Assembly: GCA_004764695.1 (NCBI GenBank)
Contig: SMSO01000031.1
Coordinates: 1,526,436-1,590,435, forward strand
DNA length: 64,000 nt
Reading direction: 5' to 3'
Source of the DNA: Schizochytrium sp. TIO01
Taxonomy: Eukaryota; Protista; Bigyra: Labyrinthulomycetes
In this document: piece after piece, positions 31,356 to 43,377 of the stretch
Layout: each line of letters begins with the position of its first letter
Numbering within the stretch: position 1 is the stretch's first letter
Program-made: the position numbers and the translations under genes
Notes under the pieces: generated by a model
The model's input: only the letters and a program-made list of their open reading frames with translations
What the model was told of the DNA's origin: nothing
Database searches by the model: none

Positions 31356-32375
31356 CTACTCTGGAGAGGACAGGGCATGCTGGTGCACAGCCTGCTGACC
31401 AGTAAAGTGGCTCTCATGATGGTGATGTTGGTCGCACTGCATGTCGTCATCAGTTTCTTCAGCGGAACTGAGAAAGTTATCCTCGGGCGCTGGTTCGGCA
31501 TCGGCAAAGTTGTTGTTTGTTTGTACATCGCAGCGCTTAGAGCGTGCGTGAGGCATCTGGTAAGAGGCAATATCGAGGGCATGAACGCCATCGCGGGTAA
31601 TTTGGTTCCAACGAAGATTTAGAAGACACAAAGCAGAGTTACAGGCAACTGCAGCAGCCAGAGCTTGAGCTCCTTGATCATGGATCATGTTAGCTTCTAA
31701 ATTGAGCGAAGCGAGGGTTGCATTATATTTCAAGGCCTCTGCTAGCGCGCTAGCACCCAGAGGGCCAATGCGATTATGCTGCAGCTCCAAGCTGCCAAGT
31801 GTTTGGTTCGTTGCAAGCGCACGGGCAACTGCGATAGCACCCTTATCGGTGATATGATTGACAGAGAGGTCAAGGGAGTGCAGACCATGGTTGTTGGCGA
31901 GACCCTGGGCGAGAATCTCTACGCAAGGGTCCTCAAAGCAATTTGCGCTAAGAACAAGGTGCTTTAATGACGAGTTTCGGGCAAGCGCACTGCTCAGTGC
32001 CGTGGCGCCCTGTTGAGTAATTTGGTTGTCCTCGAGAGACAGCGATTGTAATGTTGTATTATAGGTGAGCATTCTTGCTATGCTGCTTACACCTGCGTCC
32101 TTGATCAGGTTAAAACCGAGACAAAGAGATACGAGCGATGTTTGCGCAGCCAAAGTTTGTGCAAGGGCGATAGCTCCTTGGTCGCTAATCATGTTTGAGG
32201 TCAAATCAAGCTCACGAAGATGCTCATGGAATCTTCTAAGGAGGTCGCATAATTTTCTCCTGACAAGGTCATCACCGAGCCACTCTTGTGATTCTATCAA
32301 CCTTTTCAGATCAAGAGTTTCTGCACCTTCCTCGAGTGGCCTCTGCACGAGCACTTTGAAGGTTTCCAGGTCCAT
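31356..32375 (-). CDS. Ribonuclease-inhibitor-like (RNI/NLRC3-like) leucine-rich repeat protein
   Basis: ATG at 32375 (MDLETFK). About eight 28-aa LRRs of type LxxLxLxxNxIxDxGAxALAxAL, followed by an acidic/His-rich tail. Confidence 0.88.
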   Translation of the reverse strand: MDLETFKVLVQRPLEEGAETLDLKRLIESQEWLGDDLVRRKLCDLLRRFHEHLRELDLTSNMISDQGAIALAQTLAAQTSLVSLCLGFNLIKDAGVSSIARMLTYNTTLQSLSLEDNQITQQGATALSSALARNSSLKHLVLSANCFEDPCVEILAQGLANNHGLHSLDLSVNHITDKGAIAVARALATNQTLGSLELQHNRIGPLGASALAEALKYNATLASLNLEANMIHDQGAQALAAAVACNSALCLLNLRWNQITRDGVHALDIASYQMPHARSKRCDVQTNNNFADAEPAPEDNFLSSAEETDDDMQCDQHHHHESHFTGQQAVHQHALSSPE

Positions 32376-33678
32376 GGTATACCCTAGATGGACAGCAGCC
32401 GCCTTACACGAAAATCTTATCAGCAGTAGAACGAGCAAAAGGTCCACACAATACAATACAACACAACCACGACAATAACAATAACTTGCTTCACCTTGTT
32501 CTGTTAATTGTTCTTTATCTTTTCCCCGTCACCTCCAGGTATGATTGTCGTTACTTCTTTGAATTCCAGTTCTGGATGCTTTGGCCCTGTCGTCTCCTCT
32601 AGACTCCTCTTTTTGTTGTCTTGGTACTTCAAGTGGATATGTATGTACCTATTCTACTACCTGGCTACTCGCAAAACCCCTAAAAAACAAAAACAAATCA
32701 AACAAAAATATACAATCAACTGAAGAACCAATGAGCTCTTCTACCGTCGTGCTGTAGTCCAGAGTAGTTCTAAAGCCTACCTTCTCTCCCTCCCTCCCTC
32801 CCTCCCTCCTTCCCTCCCTCTAGCCAGTTGGTTGGTGAGTTCGCAAGCTAGGCAAATAGAGGGCCTCAGGAAAGAGGCGAAGAGAAGACCAATTGAAGAG
32901 TTGATGAGAGATACAGAAAAGAAAAGAGAAAGAAAAGAGAAACTCAAAGACGAAGAGAACGAAAGAGACGAAATCGAAGAGAATCGCCACTTCGCTGGCC
33001 TCGGGCACCCCGACAGCAGACCTCGAGGAGCAAAGCCACCCCTGGAAAAGCCTCAGGCAACGCAAGCTGGGCCCTCGCGGCTTTGCCTGCAACAGTTCCC
33101 TTACAGCGAGAGCTTTAAGGTTCTCGAGGTACAAGGGACTGACTAGAAGAGAGAGATCAGAGGGCCAATTTTCGAACGATTACCGATGTCGATCCGCACG
33201 CCGCCGTGCTTTTAGACCGCCTCTCCACCTCAGCGGAGGACTCCACGCGTTGTTGCCTCTCGTCGCCTCGCCTCTTCCCAGCGAGTGTCCAGTCCCAGCG
33301 CACAGGAGCGGAGTTGAGTGGATTCTGCAAACAGCGATGAGCCATGCGCTGCTCGGGACCGGCTCCGTGAGGATCCTCAAACCTGACAAGGCTCCTTCCA
33401 CGCCCAGAGCGGAGAAGCAGGCGTCGGCAGCAGCAGCGGCGGCGAGGTGCTAGAGGGTTTCCCAGGGCGGGGCTCCGTCCGGGCTTCGCTGGGCGGCCTG
33501 GAGCGTGGCGTGGGCGGCTGCGCGCTCGCGGGACCGGCTGGATCGTGAATTCGAACTCTGTTTTTGTCGATCTCTTTAGCGCTCTTTTCATTCATTTCAA
33601 CGAAGCTACTCTTAGCGTATACCCTAACGGTCCCTACACAGCGAGTGAGCGGTGCTTTATTTAAAAAAAAAAAATGAT

Positions 33679-33960
33679 AAAACAAACAACTTTCGAATCA
33701 TTGAAGAAGAACTGAAATGGAATGGAATGGAATGGTTAAAGAGGGCTCTTTAACCATTATACCAACGATGATGTGGGGAAAAGGGAGAAATGATGGTTTG
33801 GAAAACCATAAAACAAACACTCTTCGAATCATTGAAGAAGAACTGAAATGGAATGAAATGAATGAAATGACATGGTTCAAGAGCCCTCTTTAACCATTAC
33901 GCCAACGATGATGCGGAAACAAGAAAGAAATGATAGTTTGGAAAACCACAAAACAAACAT
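33679..33960. repeat. Tandem duplication of a ~130-140 bp unit containing a central palindrome
   Basis: The unit AAAACAAACA..TTCGAATCATTGAAGAAGAACTGAAATGGAATG..ATGGTT(A/C)AAGAG-NN-CTCTTTAACCATTA..CCAACGATGATG..AAATGAT.GTTTGGAAAACCA occurs twice, starting at ~33679 and ~33809. Confidence 0.9.
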
Positions 33961-34284
33961 TTTTTGAAAAGTAAGTCAAAAGGAAAAAGGAAAAAGGAAA
34001 AAGTGCGCAATAAATTTGAAAAGCACGTACTCTTAGAGTATACAGCATACGGGTTACTAAAAGCGCGAGCAGTGGCCGATAGCAGTATCGGTACTACTAC
34101 TACTACTACTAGTAGTACTGCTAGTTGGGTCTTAGTGGTACGGCTACCACTGCTAGAGGGAGGCCCTTCTATGCTTTTCCCTAGGCATCATGGTGGTGTG
34201 ATTGATTTGGTTGTTATCGTGCACGGTGCGGTTTATAAAAGGGTTGCGCAGATAAAGAGGCTCTGCCTTCTTGTCCTTCGTGTC

Positions 34285-34332
34285 CTTGTTCTTATTCTTG
34301 TTCTTGTTCTTGTTCTTGTTCTTGTTCTTGTT
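34285..34332. repeat. (GTTCTT)n hexanucleotide microsatellite
   Basis: Read directly from the sequence. Confidence 0.9.
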
Positions 34333-34591
34333 GCCAAAGAAAGAGGCTCTGGCGCTCACATGGATCGCATTTGGATGAATGAATTCATGTCATATTCATT
34401 TCAAGTCGAACTTCTTCTCCTCATATTTCTTCCTTGCTTGAATGATTGAACGAATGATTGATTGATCAACAGCCTCTGAAGAAGTTTGAGGGAAGAGAAC
34501 CGTTCTTCTTCAAGTTTGCGCACGAATCGACTGAGTGAATGATGATATTGCGTGCTAACAAAGAAACATAGAAAAAAGGAATCGATCGAAG

Positions 34592-34656
34592 GTATGTATG
34601 TATGTATGTATGTATGTATGTATGTATGTATGTATGTATGTATGTATATATGTATG
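34592..34656. repeat. (TATG)n tetranucleotide microsatellite
   Basis: Read directly from the sequence. Confidence 0.95.
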
Positions 34657-37192
34657 TGCGTACTCAGGAACCTGCAAATGCGAGTCTTCTCCACTAAATT
34701 CGAGTTCGCAGCGGTGAGCGATTGATTGTTTTGGCGCGAGCAGAGGGAGAAACTTTGGTTTGTTCACTCGCTCTAAACGGATCGTGAGTGAATCTTCTTT
34801 GCATCTCCACTGAGAGTTCTTTCATTCATTGATTCTTTCATTGATTCATTCTTTCTTTCTTTTTTTTTTGTTTCTTTCTTTCTTTCTCTCTTTCCTCTTT
34901 GAGGTCAAAGGACTCAGTCCTATTAGTAAGGAGTAGATACTGCTACAGAGCCTCATTCCTCTATTTCTTCCTTTATTGACTATTAACGAATGAGAAGGAT
35001 CATTACTCCTCTTATCATTGTTGTCTCAAATTAAGATAAAAGTTACTATTTATTTATTATGATTATTGTAAAATTAACGAAAGGTCACAAGTATTATTCA
35101 TTTTCGCGTAGCCTGTAGAACTATATCGTAGCCTTATTCAGGTCGCCAATCTTCGGACGATAAATCGCTCTGAGTCGATATTACTCATTCTTCATGCGGC
35201 TAAAATGCATGCCATTCGACTTCAAGTTTTAGAAACCTTCAACAAATAACAACAACAAGTGAAGATATATTGGGGCAAGAAATCGTAGAGGTCCTTAGTG
35301 CAGGTAGGAGTGCATAGGCCCCAGCTACCTGTTACTCACTCCTAGCAGTTATCGCTAGCTTCCCGCTGAAAAAAAGGCCGACCTCTCCCTGCTAGAGTTT
35401 TAGGTTAGGGGGCTCTTATCGTGCGCACGAAAGACCCGCACAGAGGTGTCCTGTATCAGCGCACAGCCAGCCTCCAAAGCCAAGGCGGTACAGGGGTTTT
35501 CGCGCATTGTGTATTTGCGCTGTGGATAGGCCATAGTAGGGTTTTTCTGTGAAAGTGAAGTATAGGCCCCTCAAAAACAGGGAGCTTGGCCCAGAGGTGG
35601 CGCGGGCAATACGGGACGCGAGAGCCGGCGTGAACGGATCATAAGGTAACAGAGAGAGAGAGAGAAAGGAAAGGAAAACCTCGAGAATGCCGCTCGCGAG
35701 CTGGCGCAGGCCTGGGAGGCGGCTGCGGCAGCGCACGGGCGGGGCAGGAGGCCGGCAGGGAGGGCCTGGGGAGGAGGAGGCAGCGCCTGCGCACCTGCAT
35801 CGAGGCAGACCCGACTGCCTGCAGGAGAAGGAGAAGGCGGCGTACAGCGACGAGGGACGACCGCGGCCGCACATGTGAGGCCTCGAATCTGACCAGCTGC
35901 GGGAAACAAAATGCCTCTGCCGCCACTGGGAGAAAGGCGGCGTCCAGAGTCACGCCAGCATCCCAGTGGAGTCTCAGGGGAGCGCCACTCGAATATTCCA
36001 TTTTGCCTCGCTAATCCTAAGGTTATTAACTTCGTTTTTATTGTTAGGCGGGTAGAATGGAGGAATGCAAGCCCACAGTAGGGCAGAGCCGCACAGATTC
36101 ATTCAGAAAGTGGGTACGAGCGTGGCGCAGTGGCGTAGGAGGCAGTGGGGAAAGGGGGTAAGAGAGGGCCCGCAGCAGAGAGGAGGGTTCCCAGTGGAGG
36201 GGGCCTCGCGTCTCGAATCTCGCCTCCCTCCTTAGACTGAGTAAAGTTGAATTACCCGCCGTCGCTGCCGCCGCCGCCGCCGCCGCTCGCTCGCCGCCCG
36301 CTCGCGTGGGCGAACCGTGCCGCACCCCGTGCGTCCGAGACCCTCGCCTGTTGCCAGAGGCAGCCCGCCACCGCAGCTCCGCCTCGCCGTGCCGCGGTAC
36401 CGGTCATCGGCCTGTGGAGCCCTGTTCTTGCGCTTCTTTGCTTTTTCTTGGTGTACTTTTTTCTTTACTTTTGCTTTTTCTGCTTCTTCTTCTCTGTGCG
36501 CGGTTCGTGTATCGCGGCAGAGCTTAAGGTTGCGTGGATCTCTGCTGCAGTGGAAAAGACGCAGACTGCAGGTGTAGCTCGTGGAGGAGGCGATAGCTGG
36601 CTTGGTTCTGCAGTGCTTTCTTTGGTTTTTCCCATTGCGTTTGCTGCTTTAACCTGCTGTGATTAATCGCTGTGCATTGCCTTGCAGTGCGTTGCAGTGC
36701 ATTACATTCTAGCGGCAGTTCTCGCCGTAGAAATTTAGATCATTGTTTGCAGGAAGATCTCCGTGGTGCGCAGTCTGCGGAAGAAAAAGTTGGGCCTGTT
36801 GAGCTCCGTGTGCATATAAAAGGATCAAGTCGTTCGAGAGCAACCTTTTGTGATTACTTGACGTTTGGAGCGGAAAGTCATTTCTGCTTACGCCAGTTGA
36901 TTGTGTTGCTGGCTGCCTATCTGGCTTGCTGGCTGGCTGTCTGTCTGTCTGCCTGTCTGCCTGTCTGTGCGTCAGCTTATGAGCCAGGGAGACCTTCAGA
37001 GCTGCCACCGCACAACGTTGTCCAGGAGGAGTCGAAGGTTAACGCGAAAGAAGACCTGTTGCAGTAGTAGTTGCAGGAAGTGATTGATTGGATTTGGTTG
37101 TGGTCATCGCTTTAACTTGGGGTTCTTCTGTCTTACCCCTCTGATTTCTACTCGTCAATTCGTGCTTCGATCTCGATCTCAGCCGGATTGCC

Positions 37193-38062
37193 ATGAAGTT
37201 CCTCGATGTGGCACGCCTAAATCAGGTGACTTCGTTTCTTCAGAGCTGTTCGCTCGGTGACAGGAGACTGCAAGGCCGCGTGGAGTCGTACTCTTGCAAG
37301 GCCGTTGGCGAGGACAAGCGCCTCGGTAAGCTGCTCGAGCAACAATATGTCGCAGAGCTGGCAGCAAATGATCAGCCTGATCTTGAGGGCTTTGCACCCT
37401 TGGGCACCGACCTCACTGCACTTGGTAAGCTCAGTGACCCACAGACAAGGAGGCTCCTCGTGTATTTGATTTGCACTATGAACGCCACCTTCCCAGACTA
37501 TGACTTTAGTGCCCTCAAACCGGATCAATTCCGTGGTGAGAACCTTGGCCGTGTCGTGAACCTGGTCAATAGTTATCTCAGCGAATTCGTGGACAAACAA
37601 AGCCCACGTTTTCTTGAGGAGCTGTGGAGTGCCATCGACGCCGAAATTGTTCTGCGCGGTGCAGAGGTGTACACATATGTCCCCAACATGGAGGATGATC
37701 CATTCAGCCTGCCTGGAACTCTTTGGTCCTTCAATTTCTTCTTTTATAACCGCGAAGAGAAGAAGGTCCTCTTTTTCACATGCTGCTGCACGCTCCAAGG
37801 CCGCATTGGAGGTGGTAGTGGTGACCTCTATGGAACAGATGATGGGGCTTCTGATGTCATGAGTGATGTTGGCGATCCAGACGACGTCGGCGCTGATGAC
37901 TTCGATGACGGACCAAGGCAAGTAGCTACAGATGCACATACCGGATCATTCAACAGCTCTCGCTACGGCACAAATGGAGCCGCTGCCCATGACGATGACG
38001 ATGACGAGGAGGACTTTGACCTCGACACCTTATCTGTACTCAACGATGATGACGGTATCTGA
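37193..38062 (+). CDS. MAF1: Repressor of RNA polymerase III transcription MAF1
   Basis: MKFLD start, GRVESYSCKAVGEDKRL (box A), RRLLVYLICTMNATFPDYDFS (box B), LWSAIDAEI...VYTYVP...DPF...LWSFNFFFYNR...KVLFF (box C), acidic tail. Confidence 0.96.
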   Translation: MKFLDVARLNQVTSFLQSCSLGDRRLQGRVESYSCKAVGEDKRLGKLLEQQYVAELAANDQPDLEGFAPLGTDLTALGKLSDPQTRRLLVYLICTMNATFPDYDFSALKPDQFRGENLGRVVNLVNSYLSEFVDKQSPRFLEELWSAIDAEIVLRGAEVYTYVPNMEDDPFSLPGTLWSFNFFFYNREEKKVLFFTCCCTLQGRIGGGSGDLYGTDDGASDVMSDVGDPDDVGADDFDDGPRQVATDAHTGSFNSSRYGTNGAAAHDDDDDEEDFDLDTLSVLNDDDGI

Positions 38063-40139
38063 TTGCAAAAGTTGTTTACCCACACTCCCTCACCCAGTAC
38101 GCTCAGCCTTGATCCCAAGGCTTGGTCAATGATTCAGCATACGCAACAAGAACAAACAAACCTGCAAGGAAAATATCCCACACGCGCGCGCATATACGAG
38201 CATACACTCAAACTATCATAAAAGAGTGCATTGAATAATTCATGTGCCTCCTTGTCTTTCTTTTATGCATAATTTTATGTATGCATCCTTTGGCTGTCAT
38301 GCTCGAGACCGAGCATTTGATGTTGAAGGAAAGAGTGTACGCTTGCACATATACGTCTCTGAAATCATACGATACTTTTGACACGGACTCCCCAGGTGCC
38401 TATAGCCCTCTCCTTCTCGGGGCGCACGTAGTTTTTTTTCTTCTTATTTCCCCAGACTTTTCTACGTGTCGGAAGACTCTCACGCCCATGCATGTATAAC
38501 ACGTCATGATGACTGTGTAACCTCTCTTTCTGAAAAGGGATCTATTTTCCCAGACATCTTATGTATGCATAATTGCGAGGTCGCCGAGAAAACTTGTACA
38601 CAACACATCATGCGAACGCATTCTTTTGCTTTATCGTTTCTCTTTCTCCCTTAGAGTGCTACCCCGCCTGCTTTGATTTGTCTTTAATTGTAGCCTCAGT
38701 GGCAGGAAGCCTTTTATTCTTCCATCACCGCCTCAAGTTATGAGATTGGACAGGGAAAGTAGTTTTGGTAAACCAGGAATAAAGCATCCAGAAAGACGAT
38801 CGCATGTCAGGCCACGAACGATGTCCCGCTCATGCTCGGCGGTCCTTGGCACCTGCTCGTGTACCTCACTCTACCCCTTCGTGTATGATTTCACTACTTT
38901 CTTTGTCGTTTTTTTATGTATTCACAAATCAAACAAACAATCAAACCACAAAAGTGTTCGCCTCAACTTTGATGATGGCCCTTTTCTCTAAATAGAGAGA
39001 GGCGCATGTCTGCGTCTTGCTACCTCCCCCTCCCCCCCTCCCCTCCTCCCCTTCTATTCCCATTGGTAGGTTGAGCTACTTCCTCATCTCTTTCGAAGAT
39101 GTTGAACTAGTTTCAACCAACTAGTTCTGTTGTATCCTTACTGCCGCTCTAGGTCAGCATTTTGCACTCTGCTCTTATAGGATGGAACAAGCTTCCTACT
39201 ACTCGCAGCCATCGAGCTACCCTTCCCAAATCTAACGTACCGTTGTGAGCACCCAGTTTAAATCGCGCTGGCACTTGAACATAGCTTTCGAACAAAGCTT
39301 GTGCTAACTGTATGCTTGCATGTGCGACCTGTGCAAAGAGCAAATCGTGACTGCAATATGTCCTAGCAGATATTTCCACACCATTCTAATCAACAGCAAA
39401 CATTCATCAGTCCTGTTATTGTAGCTACATTTAGCTAGAAAGTCTTTACATTTTTTGGTTTATGTTGGCTTAAATTTGGCCTTTTCCACTGTGTATTTTC
39501 TTCTTTAGACCTTCTCCAGGTTTTGCCATTAGCATGAGTGACCCAAGGGAGGTTTCTAATGATTGACGAAGCCTCTTATCTTCATGGTGTCTGCAAGCTT
39601 ATGAGCGAAATACTTCCTGTTCATTTCATAATTTCTTTCTATTAAACAGAGGAGGAGGCCTAATAGTTTCATGTCATGTACATAATAATTAAATTTTAGT
39701 TCGATTCATTCAATCAGGTTGCTTAATCGCAAGGCAAGGAGAGCTTTGTATTACAATGAGATTATATTTACAAGCAAGACAATGCCATGCAGAGCCTTGG
39801 GAAGGCAGGGAACAGGAATTTGAAATGGAAGAACTTTGTTTAATTACTCATAATCAAACATGAAAAGACAATGAAGGGGGGAAACGTGTGTGCGTGTTCT
39901 TCTGTGAAATTTATATAAAACCAGAGTAATGGACTACAGTGAGGCAGCAAAACCACGATGCGAAGCCAGGACCTTTCGAGTGTGCATAACTCCATGCACA
40001 AATAAATTGAATACGTCAATGGTGGAAGGGCCAGCCGCAGAATAAGAGATGTACTAAAAGAAGGACAAGGTAACGCGATGGTGTGGAGAATATGGTTTAC
40101 AGCTCCCCGTTTGGATAGGATTGTAGAAACTAACCCGAT

Positions 40140-41582
40140 TTACTTTGCCTCGCTAGCAATAGATTCGAGTGAGACAGTAAGCTTCTTGCCAAGTTCTGCG
40201 GCAACCGCTTCCCAGATATCACCAGAGACAGATTGGCTCTCTAGTTGAGTCTTTACTGCGTCACGAGCAGCATCAAATGCAGGTCCTGACACACCGACTT
40301 TAACACAGCTGTCACGAAGTGCGGCAACCTTGTCAAAACCAGTAAAAATGCGTTGAGGGCCGTCGCCGGTTGTTGTAGCACCAGCAGCAGCACGCACATC
40401 AGTTCCTCCAAGGAAGAGCTGGTTTCCGCTCTTCTCCGTAGAGTGCGGGCCAACGCAACATCCCTCAATAGCTTCGAAGGAGTCCCAGTCCCATGCGACC
40501 TTATCCTCACAGCAAGAGTAAAACTTACGGGTGTCGTGAAACACGGGGGGCTTACTGTGGTATCTGCAGGCGTGGTCGTTGTTTTCTGACTCCGCGTACC
40601 ACTTTTGGCAGCCAAAGTGCTCGCAGCGGACCTTCCCAGCACGGTCATCTGCATCAACACCTGCTCCGGCGTTCTTCTCGCGTTGCTCTGCAGCGAGCTT
40701 GGCATTGGCAGCAGCAAGAGCTGCAGCGAGAGAAGACCTCTTTGCTGGCGCTGCGCTTGCCTCCTTCGCCGTGGTTGGGCTATCCTTTTTGGCATCGGTG
40801 TCAGGGGTTTCCTCAGTCGGGGTGAAGTTAAGTGCCTCCATGGACTTGCTCACGCCGTTCTTCAAGAAAAGCTCCTCTCCGGACTCCATAAAGCTCTGGA
40901 CCGGTGCGTCAAAGGGCACTACAAAGACATCACCAGGGTTCTTTTCACCGGTCTCGCTGGATTTATTGAACTTGACAAAGTGAACTTCATCCTCGTTAAG
41001 CTCCGTGTCCGGGTGCTTTTTGTTATAAGCCTCAACAAAAGTGTTGATAAGTCTTTGTGCAGGTCCGGTACGCCAAGACTTGGGCAGGGTGAGCTTAATC
41101 GTCATCTTTTCCTCATCCTATGAATTCCCCAATGTACAATGAGCAATAGTATGCAACCCGCGATTGCCATGCACGTTCATAATGATCACGAATAAATTTT
41201 CATTAGTCCAGAAAACGTTAGTCTCACCTTTCTTGTTCCTTTTGGCAACTTTGCCCGACCCTTCGCAGTTGAAGTCACCCTGCGCAGCTCATTAGGTTGA
41301 TAAGTTGCTTGCATGCAATGTAGTGCCGTGGCCATTTTCCAGACTCTTGGGACCTTGTGTCATTGCTTTCAAGTACGTGCGATACGAAGCGAGCAAGTAG
41401 CCTTTGTGTTTGGACGCTTGTATATTCATTCATTCATTCTTTCGTGTGTTCTTTCACCATGTGCACATCCGAAGAATGCCTTTCGCTGCTTTTCCTCCTC
41501 CTTCCCGCTCACATGCCAGTGTCCCCATTGTCAGCCGTTCACTTACCTCGAGAGTATCCTCGTAGTGGAGGAAGACCTTCAT
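40140..41582 (-). CDS. Single-CHORD-domain protein with N-terminal putative ubiquitin-like domain (2 exons)
   Basis: Exon 1 is 41582-41547 (MKVFLHYEDTLE), followed by GTAAGT. Intron 41546-41118 ends in TAG. Exon 2 is 41117-40140 in frame (DEEKMTIKLTLPKSW...). CHORD motif CEHFGCQKWY...NDHACRYHSKPPVFHDTRKFYSCC...WDWDSFEAIEGCCVGPH. Confidence 0.87.
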
Positions 41583-42584
41583 CGTGTCGGCTGTGCTGCG
41601 TCCGTTTGCTTTCTCGATCAATGCTTCGTTTATTACTTTGTTTGTTCTTTGTTTTTCTTTCCATTTGACTTTCTTCCCTCCCACAGCAAAACTTGTATCT
41701 ATTTCTATCCCTTATTCTCGCATCTCCTACATATTTCATTGTTTCAAACTCAGTAGATCTATCTAATAAACCCATATTTCGTTCTTTTCGTTCTACTCAA
41801 TACCGGATAAAGTAGGACTTCTACTTTTATCCGACACTGAGTTTATACCACAATACAAAATACACGAAATTTGTCATTCTGTAACTCGGAGAATCGGGGT
41901 AACTTTGCCTGCTGCCTGACTGCCAAGGGCACTCTTAGGAGAAACTGGTAGGAATGTATAGGCCATGACTAAGGGAAACTATTAAGAGAAACGGAGCGGA
42001 GAGAGGCGAGGAGGAGAGGACTTGGCTGCTTTCATTCACGGCTCAGACCTCCGCCGCTCAAGCGAAGGCCCCTTTTCTCTCTGCGCTGCAGACCCGGTGC
42101 GTGGATTCTAGACCCCCAACCATACCCTCGTCCCATACGCTGCAGCCTTGCGTTCCTCGCGGACCTCACAGTGATCCATTCGTCCATGTGCGAGTTTGTA
42201 GATGATATGATGCACAACTATGAACCTATACTGAGCGAGTCCTTCTCCCGTGGCGTGTGAGGGCTCTAGACGGATGCTGGAGGTGTGTGTCGTACGCAAT
42301 GCGTGGATTGGTTCATAGATTGCGAGGACTCTGTTTAGAGCCGGGGTGGCCCTGGAAATGCCTTTTCAGAAAACTAACGAAGATGCCTTGGATGATGCTT
42401 TCTTGTATGTGCGGATGTACTGATTTCTTTGATCGTGCGCATATCTCTTTGTAAACCTGCTCGGTGTTTGTTTACGTCTATGTGCGTGTACTTTCATGGC
42501 GATTCTTCATGTTCTGCGGTGTATGGAATTTGGATATGTAAATACACAGATTGTCCCGTCAAAACTATATTCAAGTTAGATAAA

Positions 42585-43377
42585 ATGAGCCTCTTCACTG
42601 CTGCTCGCTCGGCCGCCATGGCCATTCGCGCCCCTGGCCAGGTTCGCAACATGGGTGGCGTTGTGCCCAAGCCCAAGGGTCAGCACCTCTTTGGACTGGC
42701 GGTAAGTTAATCAAGAGAGAGTGAGAGTATCCCTCATGATCGTTTCAATCGCCGTATCGCAGCAGGGTATTTCTTGCTTGTGGATGCATCTCGCTTGAGT
42801 CAATGATCCATATGAATGCTGTACTGCAATGATCCCAGTGTTCACCTCTGCTATTGTTGTCTTTTCAAAATTTTCTTGATAATTTATATAGTCTAGAGGG
42901 GGGTCTTTGCTCAATCAAAGTCAGCCCGTTTTGCATGTACTGGCAGAGGGTTGCTGAGGGCGAGAGATTGAGAGAGAGGTCCATCACAAAGGACTTTGCG
43001 GCCTTTATATAGATGTGTCTATGTTTGAGGATGGTGTATCGTTTCTGTAGAGCCAAGTGACTAACAAACTGGTATGATCATCATTCTATGATTCTGTGTG
43101 TGGTGTTTAGCCTGGTGAGAAGACCAACCAGGGCTGGGAGAGCATCTACTACTGGGGTATGGGCATCTGCTTTGCCACTGCTGCTGTCGGCCTTGCCTAC
43201 AAGCCAAACACCAAGATCCAGGACTGGGCTCGCGATGAGGCTCTTGTCCGCGAGGTTCTCGCCGAAGAGGGCGAGGAAATCGAGATCGGCCGCAACTACT
43301 CCCAGGAGAAGTACGGTCACAACTGGTCAAAATCTGAGCACGGTGCTAAGCCCACCCGTGGCTTTAGCGACGAGTAA
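42585..43377 (+). CDS. NDUFB11: NADH:ubiquinone oxidoreductase ESSS subunit (complex I), 2 exons
   Basis: Exon 1 is 42585-42701 (MSLFTAARSAAMAIRAPGQVRNMGG...HLFGLA, presequence-like), followed by GTAAGT. Intron 42702-43110 has a CTAAC branch site and TTAG acceptor. Exon 2 is 43111-43377 (PGEKTNQGWESIYYWGMGICFATAAVGLAYKPNTKIQDWARDEALVRE), the ESSS signature. 127 aa. Confidence 0.88.

Noticed and set aside
34153-34359. 68-aa ATG ORF MSARASFFGNKNKNK...RRASL
   Set aside because: Largely driven by the (GTTCTT)n microsatellite; no recognisable family. A real micropeptide cannot be excluded without expression data.
41229-41280. Possible 52-nt cassette exon (CAG|...|GTGAGA) inside the CHORD gene intron
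   Set aside because: Inclusion would shift the frame into an immediate stop; unsupported without transcript data.
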